A DNA stretch of 64,000 nucleotides from Chloroflexota bacterium (GTDB lineage: Bacteria; Chloroflexota; UBA11872; VXOZ01), in contig OZ244922.1 in NCBI GenBank assembly GCA_965221905.1, forward strand, positions 960,001 to 1,024,000, written 5' to 3'. This document shows positions 61,589 to 64,000 of the stretch, in pieces; position 1 is the first letter of the stretch; every line of letters starts with the position of its first letter. The notes beneath the pieces were generated by a model, which was not told where the DNA came from, ran no database searches, and worked only from the letters and a program-made list of their open reading frames with translations. The position numbers and the translations under genes are program-made.

Positions 61589-61967
61589 CACTCCTGTTTC
61601 TCGTGGTTGGTTTCCCTTTCCCGCTGGAGCCCATTGAATAAACCGGGGCCTAAAGTTTGGTATCCCCTCTCCATTGAGGAGACCTTTGCGTAACCTTTGC
61701 TGAGGCGAGAAAGTCCCCTCTCCCGCCAAGAGAGGTTTAGGGTGAGGGTCAGCCCAGCTAATCCAGTCTGACTACATCGGCACTCGTAGGTTACTGAACC
61801 CTCGGACTGTCAGAGTTGCGCCGTGTAAGAGCAACACAGTTCCCTTTCCTGGCGGGGCACAAGGCCCCGCGCTACAAGACTAAAGACCCTACCAACGGCC
61901 CAAAACGCGAATCGGATCTCCCAATCCCTCTTAAGTTATTCGCCTACGGATTCTAAGGACAATAACC

Positions 61968-62723
61968 ATGTTTTCGTACCGCAATAGCACGAAACAGCTC
62001 ACCGACTGCGGAGTCGATACCGCCGTAATAAGCGTTGGGTCCACCGAACAGTGCGGCCCGAGTTTGCCTTTGCACATCGACACACTTGTTGCGGAGTACT
62101 TTGCACGGGCGTTTGGCGAACGGCTCGATGCCTATGTGTTGCCGGCCCTGCCGTTCAATACCGCTGAAGAGCACGCGTCGTTCACAGGCACCGTCACGCT
62201 GCGCCCCAGCACGGTGATGCTCGTGTTGGAAGAGATTGTGGCCGGGCTGCGGGCGCAAGGCTTTCGCAAGCAGGTGCTCACGTGTGGGCACGGCGGCTCG
62301 TACTGGCTGTCGGCCTTCATCAAGCACATTAACCGGCAGTTACCGGACATTGTGGTCTTGAACGCGCATCAGGGAGGCGAGCGTGTCTGGAAAGAGGCGC
62401 GCGAACATGCCGGCCTTGCCGGCCGCGGCGAGGTGCACGGCGGCGCCGAATCCCGTGCGCTGGCGCTTTACCTCGCACCGGACTGCGTGCTGCCTGGCTC
62501 ATTTGGCAGCACGATACCGGAAGACGAACAGGACTACATGGACTACATGACGTGGGAAAAGATCGCCCCGGATGGTAGTTGGGGTGAATATAGCGAAGAC
62601 GATGCTGCCTTGGCCACGGCTGATGCTGGTCGCGCCCTCTTGGAATACTTCGTAACGCGCCAGGGCAGGTGGCTGGTAGAGCATCTGGCAGGTGTGTGCG
62701 CGCGCAAAGGAATACCGGCGTAG
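61968..62723 (+). CDS. Creatininase family protein
   Basis: VGSTEQCGPSLPLHID, EEHASFTGTV, GHGG and HGGAES. Confidence 0.88.
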   Translation: MFSYRNSTKQLTDCGVDTAVISVGSTEQCGPSLPLHIDTLVAEYFARAFGERLDAYVLPALPFNTAEEHASFTGTVTLRPSTVMLVLEEIVAGLRAQGFRKQVLTCGHGGSYWLSAFIKHINRQLPDIVVLNAHQGGERVWKEAREHAGLAGRGEVHGGAESRALALYLAPDCVLPGSFGSTIPEDEQDYMDYMTWEKIAPDGSWGEYSEDDAALATADAGRALLEYFVTRQGRWLVEHLAGVCARKGIPA

Positions 62724-62814
62724 TTGCACTTAACTTGAACCTTCCAGCAATCTGTGATGCAGAACGAAAAGCGGTAATCCGTCCAATAATGGACCTTGCC
62801 CAAAGTTGCGTCGC

Positions 62815-63012
62815 GTAGGGGCAACCCTTGTGGTTGTCCTTGCATTGGGTAGGCCTATTGCACAGAGATGAATTCGCGCAGGAAACGGCGGGAGAAAGGA
62901 CTAGTGTTCCTGCCGAGATCGTGCGATGGGCTTAGAAAGAGGGAATCAGTCCACCTACATTTCTAGTCCACGATTGCGCCGCAGAAGGGCAACCACAAGG
63001 GTTGCCCCTACA
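62815..63012. repeat. Inverted pair of GTAG REPs bracketing about 150 bp (REPIN-like)
   Basis: GTAGGGGCAACCCTTGTGGTTGTCCT at 62815 and AGGGCAACCACAAGGGTTGCCCCTAC ending at 63012. Confidence 0.75.
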
Positions 63013-63142
63013 CCGGGTAGGCGACAAGCTCGGAGTAGAGTCCACGCGGGAGTGGAGAGAGAGGACAATTACTCTTACCAAGATTGTCGAATGAGCTTTG
63101 AAAGCGGGGATCTATCCATCAAGATGTCCTGTCCATGATTGC

Positions 63143-63335
63143 GCCGCAGCGGGCAACCACAAGGGATGCCCCAACGCCAGGTAGGCGATAGGCCGCAGCG
63201 GGCAACCACAAGGGTTTGCCCCTACGCCAGGTATGTGATAGGCCGCAGCGGGCAACTACAAGGGATGCCCCAACGCCAGATTGGCGATAGGCCGCAGCGG
63301 GGAACGACAAGGGATGCCCCAACGCCAGATTGGCG
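63143..63335 (+). repeat. About 49-bp tandem repeat x4 built on a REP
   Basis: GCCGCAGCGGGCAACCACAAGGGATGCCCCAACGCCAG units at 63143, 63192, 63242 and 63291. Confidence 0.9.
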
Positions 63336-63336
63336 C

Positions 63337-63915
63337 TTAGGGCGAATGCGTTGATGCCGGCTGATTTTTCGTGCCCGCGCCTTGTATGCGCGCGGCGAGG
63401 ATGCCGGCCAGCAGGCCGAAGAGGTGGCCTTCCCACGAAATGTAGGCGTCGGTTGGCAGCACCCCCCACACGAGACCGCCGTAGAAGAAGAGCGTGACCA
63501 GGGCGATGAGGATCGACCGGAGGCTGCGGTCGTACCAGCCGCGCGCCACCAGGTAGCCGAAGTACCCGAAGATGAGACCGCTTGCGCCGATGTGGTAGGC
63601 CGTCCGTCCGAAGAGCCACACCGCCGTCCCGCCACACAGGATGATGAGGAGCGACGCGCCGAGAAACGCTCGCCTGCCCCGCAAGACAACGAGCCCCCCA
63701 AGTACGAGAAACGGGAGGGTGTTCACCAGCAAATGGCCGAGGTTGGCGTGCAGAAACGGACTCAACGGGATGCCGCGCAGACCTATGAGGCTACGCGGCA
63801 ATATTCCCCAGGTGTTGAGCTGATGCCCCGTTAGCAGGTTGGCCGCTTCCACCGCCCAGAGCATGGCAACGGATCCTAGGACGAGGAATAGGCTGGTTTT
63901 GAGCTGTGTTGCCAT
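63337..63915 (-). CDS. Rhomboid family intramembrane serine protease
   Basis: PFLHANLGHLLVN, HIGASGLIFG and SWEGHLFG. Confidence 0.95.
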   Translation of the reverse strand: MATQLKTSLFLVLGSVAMLWAVEAANLLTGHQLNTWGILPRSLIGLRGIPLSPFLHANLGHLLVNTLPFLVLGGLVVLRGRRAFLGASLLIILCGGTAVWLFGRTAYHIGASGLIFGYFGYLVARGWYDRSLRSILIALVTLFFYGGLVWGVLPTDAYISWEGHLFGLLAGILAARIQGAGTKNQPASTHSP

Positions 63916-64000
63916 TACGCATCACACTGTTGGCGCTGGTTATTTGGGGCTAATCACTGCTGGAGAAGTAACTGCTTGCAGCGCTGCGGCAGTATTGTGA

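Noticed and set aside
63143-63335. Possible CRISPR array
   Set aside because: Intervening segments are short and nearly identical, so this is a REP-derived tandem repeat.

Overview
GC-rich bacterial chromosome segment, most likely Chloroflexota and possibly a host- or sponge-associated lineage (inference from the many Tat/lipoprotein solute-binding proteins, NHL and PD40 repeat proteins and dense REP-like palindromes). Housekeeping genes (argB, lysC, cmk, rluB-type synthase, miaA, dapF, dapL) alternate with catabolic enzymes, five orphan ABC solute-binding proteins and small AT-richer defence/TA-like islets. The clearest system is a complete IS110 element (51499-52652, minus strand) inserted into a REP-like repeat. 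Its upstream non-coding end can be read directly as a bridge RNA: one loop carries guides matching the insertion site, a second carries guides matching the element's own end junction, and circularisation would assemble a TTGACA-17-TATCTT promoter. An unoccupied copy of the target lies about 94 bp away. Other notable items are a MauE/MauD-like pair beside a Tat-exported 8-Cys peptide with no amine dehydrogenase heavy chain, three tandem lipoproteins sharing a two-Cys domain I do not recognise, a RosmerTA-like pair, a REP composite inside a reading frame and a frameshifted 54-bp-repeat protein. I found no rRNA, tRNA or CRISPR array. All calls are by eye, with no database searches.
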